A stretch of 63,063 bases of DNA, counting the filler. It is 3 parts of 3 records of this genome, joined end to end, with 100 filler letters (N's around TTAATTAATTAA, not from the genome) between each part and the next. Parts side by side here need not be neighbours in the genome. Positions count along the whole stretch, not along the records: positions 49,049 to 63,063 come from SRR20825006_965; 2 more parts are not named here. One strand, written 5' to 3'. Below the pieces are notes generated by a model. The model made no database searches and was not told the origin of the DNA. It saw only the letters and a list, made by a program, of their open reading frames with translations. The position numbers and the translations under genes were made by a program. This document shows, in pieces, positions 50,679 through 60,661 of this stretch. The number at the start of each line of letters is the position of its first letter. Positions within the stretch are counted from its first letter, which is position 1.

Positions 50679-51830
50679 TTATTTTTTGTAAAGATCGATA
50701 TCGTGACGCGAGAGCGGTCTGGGTTCGTTCTCTCCGGTCAGATAGGTGCGCCCCAGTGTCATCGCCGCGCCACTATCGGAATCCATGATGATGATATGCA
50801 CGAAAAGCGACATGTCGGGCATGATCGGCTGCTGATTGCCAGCGTGGAACATCTGATGCTCCATCCATGACGGTGCAAAACGTGCGCCGAGCGAATAGCC
50901 ACAGGCGTTCAGCCGATGCCGTGAAAGCCCGCGTTCGTCCATGATTTCCGCATGGCGGTCAAAGACATCGGAAAATGTATGACCGGGGCGTAAGACCTCC
51001 TCAATGGATTCCAGTGTTGCGCGGGCGGCACGAAACAGGGTCTGGTGGCGGTCACTGACTTCACCGGTCAGGATCGTGCGCATGGCAGCAACATGATAAT
51101 TGGCTGAAACACCTGCCCATTCGAGAGTCAGCTGATCATTGTCGGTCAGTTTACGTCGTCCGGATTTGGAACGGCACAGCAGCGCCGCTTCACCGGAGCC
51201 AATGACAAAGTTGTTGGCCGGGTAATCACCACCGGCTGCAAGAACAGCGCCTTGCATCGCCGCCAGAATTTCCGCCTCATCTGCGCCGGGGCGAATCAGC
51301 GGAAGTGCGGCATCCAGCGCATCATCGCAGAGTGTAGCGGCGCGCTCGATATAGGCAATCTCCGCCGGACTCTTGATCAGCCTGAGATCGCTGACCAGAT
51401 ATGAGGCATCCTGAAGCTGGCAGAATGATTGCAACTGTTCGTCAAGCAGCCGGGCGGAGCGTCCGGTCATGCCGTGCGTATCGTATTCAACACCGATCTT
51501 TGCGCCAAGAAGATCCATTTCGGACAACATATCTTTCAGGTCGCGGCTGGGATCGGACTGGCCGCGATCGACCCAGACACGGATATCGCTGATAATGGAG
51601 GTCTGGCGTGCCTGCCGGATGTCGGCCGAGCGGGTCAGAAGCGCCATACGGCCATCCGCAGTCACCGCCAGGCACTGGAAGTAAACAAAGCCAAACGTGT
51701 CGTAGCCCGTCAGCCAGTACATGCTTTCCTGGGCAAACAGCAAAACGGCATCAAGCTTTTTCTCAGCCATCGATTCCTTCAGCCGTTCAAGACGGTGCGC
51801 ATATTCATCGGTTTCAAAAGCCAGTGCCAT
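50679..51830 (-). CDS. M24-fold (creatinase/ectoine-hydrolase-like) protein
   Basis: Creatinase-type N-domain (ESMYWLTGYD), LRLIKSPAEI, and a pita-bread C-domain lacking the usual metal ligands. Confidence 0.85.
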   Translation of the reverse strand: MALAFETDEYAHRLERLKESMAEKKLDAVLLFAQESMYWLTGYDTFGFVYFQCLAVTADGRMALLTRSADIRQARQTSIISDIRVWVDRGQSDPSRDLKDMLSEMDLLGAKIGVEYDTHGMTGRSARLLDEQLQSFCQLQDASYLVSDLRLIKSPAEIAYIERAATLCDDALDAALPLIRPGADEAEILAAMQGAVLAAGGDYPANNFVIGSGEAALLCRSKSGRRKLTDNDQLTLEWAGVSANYHVAAMRTILTGEVSDRHQTLFRAARATLESIEEVLRPGHTFSDVFDRHAEIMDERGLSRHRLNACGYSLGARFAPSWMEHQMFHAGNQQPIMPDMSLFVHIIIMDSDSGAAMTLGRTYLTGENEPRPLSRHDIDLYKK

Positions 51831-51919
51831 GTTAGTCTCCCCGGGCCTCGGTCAGATCCGAAACGTTAAACTGCGAGAACATGTCCAGAGGACAGTCTCA
51901 GATATGCACGAAACAAAAA

Positions 51920-52711
51920 TCAAAGTGTTATTGCCGAAATCTGCCGTCCGTAATCCGGCTCGCCCTGATGAGTCGTGCGGCGGAACGAAAAGAAGTCAGC
52001 TTCATCGTTATAGGTGCAGCGGTTCATGATTTCATATGCAATGTTGGTCTGTCTCAAGCGAAAGCCAATATAGGCTGGCAAGTCAAAGAACGCATGATCG
52101 GCTTTTTCAGATGCCGAGAAGAAGCGGTTATTTGCCATATCGGTTTTGAGGAAGCGATCAACGAACTCCGGCCCGACTTCGTAGGCCCTGTTGCTGATGG
52201 TTGGGCCGAGGCAGGCTCTGATGGCCGATCGCCTCGCACCAAGCGAGAGCATTGCTTCCAAGGTGGCTTCCAGTACCCCGCCAAACGCACCGCGCCAGCC
52301 CGCATGGGCTGCGCCGATGACCCCGTTTTCAACATCGGCAAACAGAACCGGTCCGCAATCGGCGGTCAAAACACCCAGAATGATCCCGGGCGTTTTTGTC
52401 ACCATGGCATCTGCCTTGGGGCGCTCTCCTTCAAATGGCGCATCAACTGTCATCACATCGGCGGAATGGTGCTGATGGACATTGAGCAGCCGGTCGCTTT
52501 CAGCACCGAACCAGTGCGCCACCCTGCTGCGGTTTTCTGCGATATGCGTTTTGTTGTCGTCGGAGCCATTGCCGCAATTAAGGCTTTCATAAATCCCATC
52601 GGAAACGCCGCCGCGGCGGGTAAAAAAGCCGTGACGTACAGTGCTGCCATTGCAAGCCTCGGCCAGAAGCTCACTCCGGACAGGCTTGAGAGCGTGCTCG
52701 TTTGACAGCAT
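51920..52711 (-). CDS. pgeF: PgeF/YfiH family protein (peptidoglycan editing factor / purine nucleoside phosphorylase-like)
   Basis: HGFFTR.GGVS, LTADCGPVLF, AAHAGWRGA, YEVG and FFSFRR motifs. Confidence 0.92.
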   Translation of the reverse strand: MLSNEHALKPVRSELLAEACNGSTVRHGFFTRRGGVSDGIYESLNCGNGSDDNKTHIAENRSRVAHWFGAESDRLLNVHQHHSADVMTVDAPFEGERPKADAMVTKTPGIILGVLTADCGPVLFADVENGVIGAAHAGWRGAFGGVLEATLEAMLSLGARRSAIRACLGPTISNRAYEVGPEFVDRFLKTDMANNRFFSASEKADHAFFDLPAYIGFRLRQTNIAYEIMNRCTYNDEADFFSFRRTTHQGEPDYGRQISAITL

Positions 52712-52767
52712 AGCGGCGCATCCTCGTTTTCATTTTTATAGAATGGTGCGGGTGGCGTTCGGTGTTG

Positions 52768-53892
52768 TCAATCCGCAGTATCGTCTTCCTCGTCGGCCAT
52801 CGTGTCGAAGGGTGTCAACAGGATCGCGCGGTCTGATACAGCGAACGCCTTGAAGAGATCGCCCATATCATCGGGGCCGTTCCCTGCAAGCCGGGTCGCG
52901 GCCTTGACAATCTTTCCCTGCGTTTCTCCATCGCGCCCGCGCCCGAGCGCTGAAGCACGCGGGCCAAGACCAAGACCACTGAGAAAGTCACCCTGATGCA
53001 TGGGGGGATGAATGTGCAGGCGGTGGGTGTGTGCAATTCTTGCCAGAGATTCGAAATCTACATGGCTGGTCAGGTCGGCTTCTCCCGGATGCGCCAGCGG
53101 CGGATCGAATTGATGGTTGCGCAGGGCCTGAAGAGTATCACCGAACCAGCTTTTCAGATGGCCGTAATCGATCAACAGCGCTGTGCCGCCGTGATCGCGC
53201 AGGCGCTCGCAGATTTTTGTCATCAACGCATCACGTGCGGGAGACGTTTCGAAAATCACGCCATCGGATTGGCTTTCGGCACCTGTGGGCAGGGCGGTTT
53301 TCTCCAGCCGGACCGGGCCGATTCCAAAGCTCAAGGCGCCACCATCGTCAAGGCCGACAACGCGCTCGAAGAAGCCTTTTGGCGTTTTGACAAACTGCCG
53401 TGGGGCGAGGGCGTCAAACAGTTCATTGGCAACAAACAGGGTGAAACCGGCTTCTGCTTGGTCGAGACTGTCGATCCAGCGCAGTTTTACCGGGTGTGGG
53501 TTCAAGGTTGCTGCCTGCCGCTCCCGAAGTTTGGGGCTTGTTTCCAGAAGGTTGATGCGAAGGCTTTGGTAAAGCCGGGGCTGTAAAGCTGATATGACAT
53601 TCAGAATATCAGTCATCATCGTGCCGCGCCCGGGACCGCCTTCGATAATGACGGGGCTCTCCGGCATTCCGTGACGCTGCCAGCTATGCACCAGAAAAAC
53701 GCCGATCAGTTCGCCGAAGAGCTGGGAAACTTCGGGTGCGGTGGTGAAATCACCGGCCTTGCCGAACGGATCGCGGGTCTTGTAATAACCATGCGTACTA
53801 TCAGCCAGGCAGAGATTGAAATAAGCGCTGACAGGCATCGGTCCACCTTCGCGGATCAGCGCCTTTATTTTCTCTTTCAGTGGCGTGGTCAC
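52768..53892 (-). CDS. SAM-dependent methyltransferase, MidA/NDUFAF7 family
   Basis: GYY....PFG..GDFTTAPEVSQLFGE, GPGRGT, ANELFDAL, IDYG and ADLTSHVDF motifs. GTG 53892 overlaps the lgt stop. Confidence 0.9.
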   Translation of the reverse strand: MTTPLKEKIKALIREGGPMPVSAYFNLCLADSTHGYYKTRDPFGKAGDFTTAPEVSQLFGELIGVFLVHSWQRHGMPESPVIIEGGPGRGTMMTDILNVISALQPRLYQSLRINLLETSPKLRERQAATLNPHPVKLRWIDSLDQAEAGFTLFVANELFDALAPRQFVKTPKGFFERVVGLDDGGALSFGIGPVRLEKTALPTGAESQSDGVIFETSPARDALMTKICERLRDHGGTALLIDYGHLKSWFGDTLQALRNHQFDPPLAHPGEADLTSHVDFESLARIAHTHRLHIHPPMHQGDFLSGLGLGPRASALGRGRDGETQGKIVKAATRLAGNGPDDMGDLFKAFAVSDRAILLTPFDTMADEEDDTAD

Positions 53893-54752
53893 GAGTGACC
53901 GTCCAGAATCTTGCGCCGCGCGCGGCGGTTGGAGTACCAGATGCCCCACAGTCCGGCTGCCAGCATGGGCAGTGACAGGATCATGCCCATGGTCAGCCAG
54001 CCGCCGAGAAGATACCCGAGCTGTGGGTCCGGCTGGCGGAAGAATTCGACGAAAATACGGGACAGGGCATAAAGGCAGACAAAAATGCTGGCGGTTATGC
54101 CGGGGCGTTTGAGTGTATGGAATACCTGCGTCAGCACAAACAGAATGACCAGCGTCAGCAGTCCTTCAAGGCCTGCTTCATAGAGCTGGCTCGGATGGCG
54201 CGGATCCGGTCCGGCACCCGGAAAGACCATGCCCCACGGCAGATCAGGTGCGACACGCCCCCAAAGCTCACCATTGATGAAGTTCGCAACCCGCCCGAAA
54301 AACAAGCCGATCGGTGCAACGGTCGACATCAGATCGAATAATGACCACACGCCGATGCCATTCTTCCGGCCAAACAGGATCATCACGATGATCATGCCGA
54401 TGAGGCCGCCGTGAAACGACATACCACCGTCCCAAACCTTGAAAATCAGCAGCGGATCGGAAAAGAAAGCATCCGGCACATAAAACAGCATGTAACCGAG
54501 CCGTCCGCCAATCACGATTCCCAGCACCGACCATGTGATGAAATCATCGAGCTTCGCCGCTGTCATGGGAGACTGATCGGCAGGCCAAAGCTTCTCCTTC
54601 CGAAGAAGCCAGCGGGCATAAAGCCAGCCAAGCATGATGCCGGCCACATAGGCCAGTCCATACCAGTGGATCTGAAGCGGCCCAAGGCGAAGCGCCACAG
54701 GGTCGATCGCGGGAAAGGCAAGAGAGGCCTGAACAATGTGGTCTGGCTGCAA
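53889..54752 (-). CDS. lgt: Prolipoprotein diacylglyceryl transferase
   Basis: HWYGLAY, GGRLGY, GGMSFHGG, GRVANFINGELWGR, RHPSQLYE and EFFRQPD motifs. Start at TTG 54752 inferred from a GAGGA RBS. Confidence 0.96.
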   Translation of the reverse strand: MQPDHIVQASLAFPAIDPVALRLGPLQIHWYGLAYVAGIMLGWLYARWLLRKEKLWPADQSPMTAAKLDDFITWSVLGIVIGGRLGYMLFYVPDAFFSDPLLIFKVWDGGMSFHGGLIGMIIVMILFGRKNGIGVWSLFDLMSTVAPIGLFFGRVANFINGELWGRVAPDLPWGMVFPGAGPDPRHPSQLYEAGLEGLLTLVILFVLTQVFHTLKRPGITASIFVCLYALSRIFVEFFRQPDPQLGYLLGGWLTMGMILSLPMLAAGLWGIWYSNRRARRKILDGHS

Positions 54753-54949
54753 CGCGGTACTTCCTCTATATTCGGGGCGAAGATGGCGGCACTTCATGGC
54801 TGGGTCAAGTCACGCGTGTGCGATGAAGCGGAGAATTGCCCCGGTGCCTGAATGATAATTCGGGCTTGTTTCAGAGCGACGACGCCACTACTTCAACAGT
54901 TGAAAGCCGGGAGCGTGATCTTTCCGGCAATGTCAAAGGGAGACATGGA

Positions 54950-55216
54950 ATGACGTCCGGCACGAATCGCATTCTCGACGACCTCGCAAAACTGATGACC
55001 GATGCCGCCGGCTCGGTTCAAACTGCGGGCAAGGATCTGGAAACTGCCGTCAAGGCGCAGGTCGAGCGCTGGCTGAACAGTATGGATGTTGTGCAGCGCG
55101 AAGAATTCGAGGCTGTGCGTGAGATGGCCATAAAGGCGCGTGATGAAAATGATGAACTGCGTTCCCGGCTCGAAACGCTTGAAGCAAAACTGGGTGATGA
55201 AGCCAGCGCAAAATGA
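54950..55216 (+). CDS. Accessory factor UbiK / membrane fusogenic (BMFP) family protein
   Basis: NRILDDLAKLMTDAAG and LNSMDVVQREEFEAVREMA..AR.EN..L..RL..LEA motifs. Confidence 0.88.
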   Translation: MTSGTNRILDDLAKLMTDAAGSVQTAGKDLETAVKAQVERWLNSMDVVQREEFEAVREMAIKARDENDELRSRLETLEAKLGDEASAK

Positions 55217-55224
55217 ATGACATC

Positions 55225-55255
55225 AAGCCGGTCCTGAAATAACGACCGGCTTTTT
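55225..55255 (+). terminator. Intrinsic terminator
   Basis: AAGCCGGTC...GACCGGCTT stem followed by a T-run. Confidence 0.75.
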
Positions 55256-55268
55256 GGCAGTGTGATTG

Positions 55269-55700
55269 TCATTCCTGCATTTCAATCTGGCGCATTGGCA
55301 TGGCGTCGATCATTGCGAAAATGCCGTCCGGGGAGACGGGTGTCAGCCAACGACTTTTTTCGCTGCCATCCTTGCCGATCAGGACCACCGCAAATTGGCT
55401 TCTGGCTAGGCCATAAGTGTCACGCAGCACTGCCGATGAAAGCCGCGGAGCGCGCGGCCCAAGCATCATTTCGGGTGGTTCTTTATCACCGTTGATAACG
55501 ATGACAGCCATATCACGTTTGCGCATTGCAGATAAATGCGCCTGCAATGCGTCGGACTGAAACTGATAGTCGCTGCTATCGAAATCGGGCGTGAAAATCA
55601 GCAAGGGCCTGTAGGCTTGACGGTAATCGGCCAGCGTCTCGGCGTTCGCAGCCGGTGTAAGGCTGGCTGCAGCAAAGACCGATAATAGCAGATTTTTCAT
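55269..55700 (-). CDS. DUF4174 family secreted protein
   Basis: Signal peptide; RPLLIF, F.VVLIGKDGSEK and IDAMPMRQ.EM motifs. Confidence 0.85.
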   Translation of the reverse strand: MKNLLLSVFAAASLTPAANAETLADYRQAYRPLLIFTPDFDSSDYQFQSDALQAHLSAMRKRDMAVIVINGDKEPPEMMLGPRAPRLSSAVLRDTYGLARSQFAVVLIGKDGSEKSRWLTPVSPDGIFAMIDAMPMRQIEMQE

Positions 55701-56054
55701 GTCTCAAGTGCTTTCTGACTGGTCACATCTCGTTCGGGAGCTGTCCGTTTTGTCTTTCCATTAAAAACTACGGACTTTTCCACGGCGCGGATCAAAAAAA
55801 GTTGTGCCTGTGGACATGGTTAAAAAAGTCAGTCGGCAGAGTCATTTAGAACACGCTGCTGAATCAATCTCGAAAGGTTGAAGCGCCCTGATTGGTGCAA
55901 TGCTGCGATGCGGGGGCTGGCAGCCCGGTGTTCCCATTATACACTGATTTTAATAGATGATTCGAAATGGTGTGCGGTGAAGAGCAGTGCTGGCACGCAC
56001 TTCGGCCAAGGCTGGAACGTGGTCCTTAATGTTTTTCGCCGAAATGGGTGGTTT

Positions 56055-56555
56055 ATGAGCCTAATTGAATGGGAAATGGAGCGTCAGTCCAATCCGGTGG
56101 ATCTGATCGAGTTCGTGGCCTCCACGAATGACTGGTCATTTGAACGTGCCGGTGAAGACGAGATTGCCATGACGGTCAAAGGTCAGTGGGCGGATTATCA
56201 CGTCTCGTTTTCCTGGATGAGTGAGTATGAAGCCCTGCACATCGCCTGCGCGTTCGATCTCAGGATTTCCGATCACCGCGCCAACGAGATTATCCGCCTT
56301 CTATCGTTGATTAACAGCCAGGTCTTGATGGGGCATTTCGATTTCTGGCGGCAGGAAAACGTGGTGGTATACCGTCACTCTCTGCTGCTGGCCGGCGGTG
56401 CCAATCCGACCAACCAGCAGGTTGAGGTGACGCTTTCCAATGCGCTGGATGCCTGCGAGAACTATTATCAGGCGTTTCAGTTTGTCGTCTGGTCCAAGGC
56501 AACGGCCGAAGAAGCGATGAAGTCTGTAATGTTCGAAACAGTGGGAGAGGCCTGA
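56055..56555 (+). CDS. YbjN domain-containing protein
   Basis: NPVDLIE.VA...DWSFER.GEDEI, GHFDFW, CE.YYQAFQFVVW and FET.GEA motifs; upstream of proC. Confidence 0.85.
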   Translation: MSLIEWEMERQSNPVDLIEFVASTNDWSFERAGEDEIAMTVKGQWADYHVSFSWMSEYEALHIACAFDLRISDHRANEIIRLLSLINSQVLMGHFDFWRQENVVVYRHSLLLAGGANPTNQQVEVTLSNALDACENYYQAFQFVVWSKATAEEAMKSVMFETVGEA

Positions 56556-56556
56556 T

Positions 56557-57378
56557 ATGGCAGATCTCGGTTCGCTTGAAGATGTTGTTCTCGTCGGTGC
56601 GGGAAATATGGGCGGGGCCATGCTGTCAGGTTGGGTGGCAGGTGGCGTCAAGCCGGAAAATATCACTGTTATCGACCCAAACCCGTCTGACCGGATCAAG
56701 GGACTTCTCGACAGTCGTGGCATTCGTCATGTTGTCGCGTCACCGGATAATCTGAAGGCGAAAATTCTTATTCTCGCTGTCAAGCCTCAGGTCATGTATG
56801 CGGTTCTCGATACACTGACACCGGTTATTGATGAAAACACGCTGGTGATTTCGGTCGCCGCCGGCAAAACGCTAACCTATTTCGAGGAGCGTCTTGGCCC
56901 ATTGGCAATGATCCGTACAATTCCGAATACTCCGGCGATGATTGGTCGCGGTGTCATCGGTGCGTTTGCAAATGCGCGTGTTGAAGCTGAAGGCCGGGAA
57001 AAAGCCGATATGCTGCTTTCAGCGATCGGGCACGTCGAATGGGTTGGGCAAGAAGCCGATATTGATGCTGTAACCGCGGTTGCCGGCAGTGGTCCGGCTT
57101 ATGTTTTCTATCTGGTCGAGTGCATGGCAGAGGCTGCGCGCAAACTGGGGCTGGATGAGGATCTGGCGATGCGGCTGGCGCGTGAAACGGTCATTGGCGC
57201 AGGCGCTCTGCTCGATAAATCCGGTGAAGATGCCGATGTTTTGCGCAAGAATGTGACGTCTCCCGGCGGCACGACTGCGGCGGCACTTTCGCAACTTATG
57301 GCCGAAAACGGTTTGCAGCCAGTCTTTGACGCTGCACTTGAGGCTGCCCGGGATCGCTCTCGTGAGCTTTCCGGCTGA
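56557..57378 (+). CDS. proC: Pyrroline-5-carboxylate reductase
   Basis: [29 protein letters not shown] and VTSPGGTT motifs. Confidence 0.96.
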   Translation: MADLGSLEDVVLVGAGNMGGAMLSGWVAGGVKPENITVIDPNPSDRIKGLLDSRGIRHVVASPDNLKAKILILAVKPQVMYAVLDTLTPVIDENTLVISVAAGKTLTYFEERLGPLAMIRTIPNTPAMIGRGVIGAFANARVEAEGREKADMLLSAIGHVEWVGQEADIDAVTAVAGSGPAYVFYLVECMAEAARKLGLDEDLAMRLARETVIGAGALLDKSGEDADVLRKNVTSPGGTTAAALSQLMAENGLQPVFDAALEAARDRSRELSG

Positions 57379-57410
57379 ATAGCCAGAGTTTGACGATAGA
57401 CGAGGTTGAA

Positions 57411-57752
57411 GTGTCTGACGAAATTACCTTTGACGATTTCCTGAAGGTCGATATACGCATCGGGACAATTGTCGACGCGGAAGCGTTTCCGGAAGCTCGT
57501 AAACCGGCCTACAAGCTGCGCATCGATTTTGGCCCTGAGATAGGCATCAAGAAGTCTTCAGCGCAGATAACCAGGCATTATACGCCGGAAACACTGCAAG
57601 GCCGTCAGGTTATGGCGGTGGTAAACTTTCCTCCACGCCAGATTGGTCCGGTTCGCTCGGAGGTTCTGACGCTCGGTTATGCCGATGAGAACGGCGATAT
57701 CGTTCTGGCCGCCGTCGACAAGCCCGTTCCGAACGGCGAGCGCTTGATGTAA
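57411..57752 (+). CDS. csaA: tRNA-binding protein / chaperone CsaA
   Basis: [20 protein letters not shown] and [17 protein letters not shown] motifs; GTG 57411 has a GAGG RBS. Confidence 0.9.
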   Translation: MSDEITFDDFLKVDIRIGTIVDAEAFPEARKPAYKLRIDFGPEIGIKKSSAQITRHYTPETLQGRQVMAVVNFPPRQIGPVRSEVLTLGYADENGDIVLAAVDKPVPNGERLM

Positions 57753-57807
57753 CGCCTGGATTTTGTTTCAGAGCGCAATGTCGCTGTCTGTTGGACGGGA
57801 AATAGTG

Positions 57808-59247
57808 TCAGCACGGAATGCGGATGGTCGCTCGCAATCCACCCAGCGGGCTGTCCGACAGTTCGACATTGCCGCCATGTGAGCGCGCAATATCGCGGGC
57901 AATGGCAAGGCCGAGGCCGGTGCCTGAGGAGTCCAGGTTGCGGGCATTATCCAGCCGGAGGAACGGTTTGAATACGTCCTCTCTAAGCTCTTCTGCGATG
58001 CCCGGTCCGTCATCGTCAAAGATGATTTTCAACCATTTATGGTCATGTTTTGCGGTGACATCCAGCCGGTCGGCGTGCCGTCTGGCATTGGTGGCGAGGT
58101 TGGCGATCAGCCGTGCAAAGGCATTGGGACGGACGGACACGTCATCCGGACCGGAAATCGTATAGTTCATGACCTTGCCGTGAAGATCAAAATCGTCCTT
58201 CTGGCGTTTGAGAAGCGCTGAAAGGCTCACAGTGCCTGTGGTTTCCTCTGCATCGCCGCGGGCAAAATCTATATAGCCCTGCAGCATTTTCTGCATTTCC
58301 TCGATGTCATCGTTCAGCGCTTCATATTCGGCACCTTCGCCAATCAGCGCGAGTTGCAGCTTGAAGCGGGTCAGGATTGTTCGCAAGTCGTGGCTGACGC
58401 CGTTCAGCATGGTTGTGCGCTGTTCGATCTGGCGCTCGATACGCTCACGCATCTGCACGAATGCAAGACCGGCCCGGCGGATTTCGATGGCGCCGCGCGG
58501 TGTAAAAGGTTCCGGCGTTTTCTGTCCCTTGCCGAAGGCTTCGGCTGCGTTGGTCAGTCTGAGGATCGGGCGGATCTGACCGCGTAAAAACAGGGTTGCA
58601 ATGCCGATCAGTACCAGTGATGTGCCGATCATCCACAAAATGAAGATATGGGTGTTGGAGGCATATGTCATGCTGCGCCGGGCGAAGATGCGCAATATGC
58701 CCTGATCCACCTTGATCCGGATTTCGATGAGACGGGAATCGCCGAGCGTATCAATCCAGAACGGTCGGCCGATCTTGTCTGAAATCTGTTCCGCCAGAAC
58801 CTGATCCAGAAGACCAAAGAACGGCTTTGGCAGCGGTGGTGGCAGTTCGCTGTCAGGTTCAATGGAGATCCGAAGTCCCATGTCACGGGCAGCAATTCGC
58901 ACGATCTGTTGCTGGTAGGCACCATCGGTCGCATCCAGAATGTCTATGAGGGCTGCGATATCTCCGGTAACAGCGTCTGAAAGGCGCTCGGTCACCATCT
59001 GCCAGTGCCGTTCCATGAAAACGGTTGCAACAACGGCCTGCAACAACAGCATCGGAATAATGATGATCAGAAGTGACCGTGCAAAAAGTCCACGCGGAAC
59101 CCGATGGTGCGCCCAGCGGCCAAGCGCCTTGTAGGCACCGTACAATTGTCTGAGGCCCGGCAGTCGAGCAATAGAGCGTATGGTCTGGCGAAGCCGTTTT
59201 CCAACCTCTCCGACTGTTTTGCCGAGTTCCTGGCGTAACCGTTCCAA
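57808..59247 (-). CDS. EnvZ-like sensor histidine kinase (HAMP + HisKA + HATPase)
   Basis: Two TM segments, GVSHDLRT, DDDGPGI, F.PF.RLD..R and GTGLGLAIARD motifs. Confidence 0.92.
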   Translation of the reverse strand: MERLRQELGKTVGEVGKRLRQTIRSIARLPGLRQLYGAYKALGRWAHHRVPRGLFARSLLIIIIPMLLLQAVVATVFMERHWQMVTERLSDAVTGDIAALIDILDATDGAYQQQIVRIAARDMGLRISIEPDSELPPPLPKPFFGLLDQVLAEQISDKIGRPFWIDTLGDSRLIEIRIKVDQGILRIFARRSMTYASNTHIFILWMIGTSLVLIGIATLFLRGQIRPILRLTNAAEAFGKGQKTPEPFTPRGAIEIRRAGLAFVQMRERIERQIEQRTTMLNGVSHDLRTILTRFKLQLALIGEGAEYEALNDDIEEMQKMLQGYIDFARGDAEETTGTVSLSALLKRQKDDFDLHGKVMNYTISGPDDVSVRPNAFARLIANLATNARRHADRLDVTAKHDHKWLKIIFDDDGPGIAEELREDVFKPFLRLDNARNLDSSGTGLGLAIARDIARSHGGNVELSDSPLGGLRATIRIPC

Positions 59248-59253
59248 GCCGCT

Positions 59254-59964
59254 CTAGTCCCTGCTCAGGCGGTAACCGACGCCGCGCACTGTCTGAAGAT
59301 AATGTGGGTTTGCAGGATCGGATTCGATCTTGCGTCGCAGGCGATTGATCTGGACGTCGATCGTGCGCTCGTTGATTTCTGAGGCAGCGCTGACGAGATC
59401 CTGACGTGTCACGGTCTCGCCGGCCTTTTCTGCCAGCATTGTCATGATGTCCTGTTCGCGATCGGTCAACCGGATTGGTTCGGTCCCCTTTTTCAGTTCC
59501 TTGCGAGTGATTGAAAAAGTGAACGGGCCGAACATAACCTGCTCTATGGCTGGTCTCTGGGCAGGCATTCTGTGCTTGAGTATGTTGGATATTCGCAGCA
59601 GAAGTTCGCGCGGTTCGAATGGCTTGGCAAGATAGTCGTCGGCGCCTGCTTCCAGGCCGGCAATCCGCGATTCTGCCTCCGCCCGCGCTGTCAGAAGCAG
59701 AACCGGTACAGGACGGATGGTTTTCAAGCTTTGCGTCAGGGCGATGCCGTCTTCGCCGGGCATCATTACGTCCAGTACGAGAAGGTCGAAATCAAGGCCC
59801 TCAAGTCTGCGGCGGGCCTCTGCTGCGTCGCCTGCTGTGCTGACGCGATAGCCATGTTCGCCGAGATAGCGCTTCAGAAGCGTCCGGATACGCGTATCAT
59901 CATCGACAATCAGTAAATGCGGTGCATCATCTTCGAGCAAAGCCTTGTCAGTCATTCCGGACAC
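59254..59964 (-). CDS. OmpR-family response regulator (PetR-like)
   Basis: LIVDDD, LDVMMPGEDG, GADDYLAKPF and winged helix RTIDVQINRLRRKIE..P..P.YLQTVRG.GY. Confidence 0.93.
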   Translation of the reverse strand: MSGMTDKALLEDDAPHLLIVDDDTRIRTLLKRYLGEHGYRVSTAGDAAEARRRLEGLDFDLLVLDVMMPGEDGIALTQSLKTIRPVPVLLLTARAEAESRIAGLEAGADDYLAKPFEPRELLLRISNILKHRMPAQRPAIEQVMFGPFTFSITRKELKKGTEPIRLTDREQDIMTMLAEKAGETVTRQDLVSAASEINERTIDVQINRLRRKIESDPANPHYLQTVRGVGYRLSRD

Positions 59965-60490
59965 CTTTTGTTTTCATCCGCTGCCTTTCCATATGCCGAT
60001 CTTCGCGCAGGCTTTCCAGCTTCGTATCGCACATGCGGGTCAGGAAGGATTTCACAATTTCGCGTTCCCCTTTGTTCAGGCCGTCCAGTGCTCCGTCTAT
60101 GCGCCGCAGCTGTGGCGATAAAAGCTCTTCGCGCAGGCTTTTGCCGTCTTCAGTCAGAAACAGGCGTCGTTGGCGGCGATCTTCCGGGCCAGCCGCCTGA
60201 CGGATGTAACCGTTGTCAATCAGTTGCTTGAGAACACGTGCGAGGCTTTGCTTTGTGATCCGCAACGTTTCCAGAAGATCGGCAACGCTCATGCCCGGCC
60301 GGCTGCCGACAAAGTGGATAACACGGTGATGTGCGCGTCCGAATCCGATTTCGCCCAGAATTGCATCCGGGTCCGATATGAAATCACGGTAGGCGAAAAA
60401 CAGCAGCTCGACGAAATCCAGATCATCTGGATTTTGCGGTCGGGGCCGGGGCGGCACAGCGTCTTCTTCCTGTTCTCGGGGCTGTGTCAC
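59948..60490 (-). CDS. MarR family regulator (PetP-like)
   Basis: ELLFFAYRDF, FGRAHHR, ITKQSLARVLKQL and DRRQRRL.LT motifs. Start inferred at GTG 60490 from a GAGGA RBS. Confidence 0.9.
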   Translation of the reverse strand: MTQPREQEEDAVPPRPRPQNPDDLDFVELLFFAYRDFISDPDAILGEIGFGRAHHRVIHFVGSRPGMSVADLLETLRITKQSLARVLKQLIDNGYIRQAAGPEDRRQRRLFLTEDGKSLREELLSPQLRRIDGALDGLNKGEREIVKSFLTRMCDTKLESLREDRHMERQRMKTKGVRND

Positions 60491-60661
60491 AATCAAAGCA
60501 TCCTCGCATCTGGTTGATGTGTCGCTACTGGTTTTTGCAATCGATATCACAGTGGAATAGGTTTAGCGCCGAAGTGCAAGGGTGAAAATACCCCCTTGTT
60601 CTCCAAGCGTATTTTCAATACGCGCAATAAGCATAACGCGCACAGAAACGGGACCGGGAAA

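Noticed and set aside
51881-52705. 274-aa plus-strand ORF
   Set aside because: Antisense shadow of pgeF
11383-55216. Functional link between ubiH/ubiI and the UbiK-like gene, or between pepP and the M24-fold gene
   Set aside because: They lie on different contigs from different organisms
55701-56054. DnaA-box-like (TTTTCCACG, TGTGGACA) or CtrA-like sites upstream of the ybjN-like gene
   Set aside because: Only degenerate single matches; no TTAA-N7-TTAA and no box cluster
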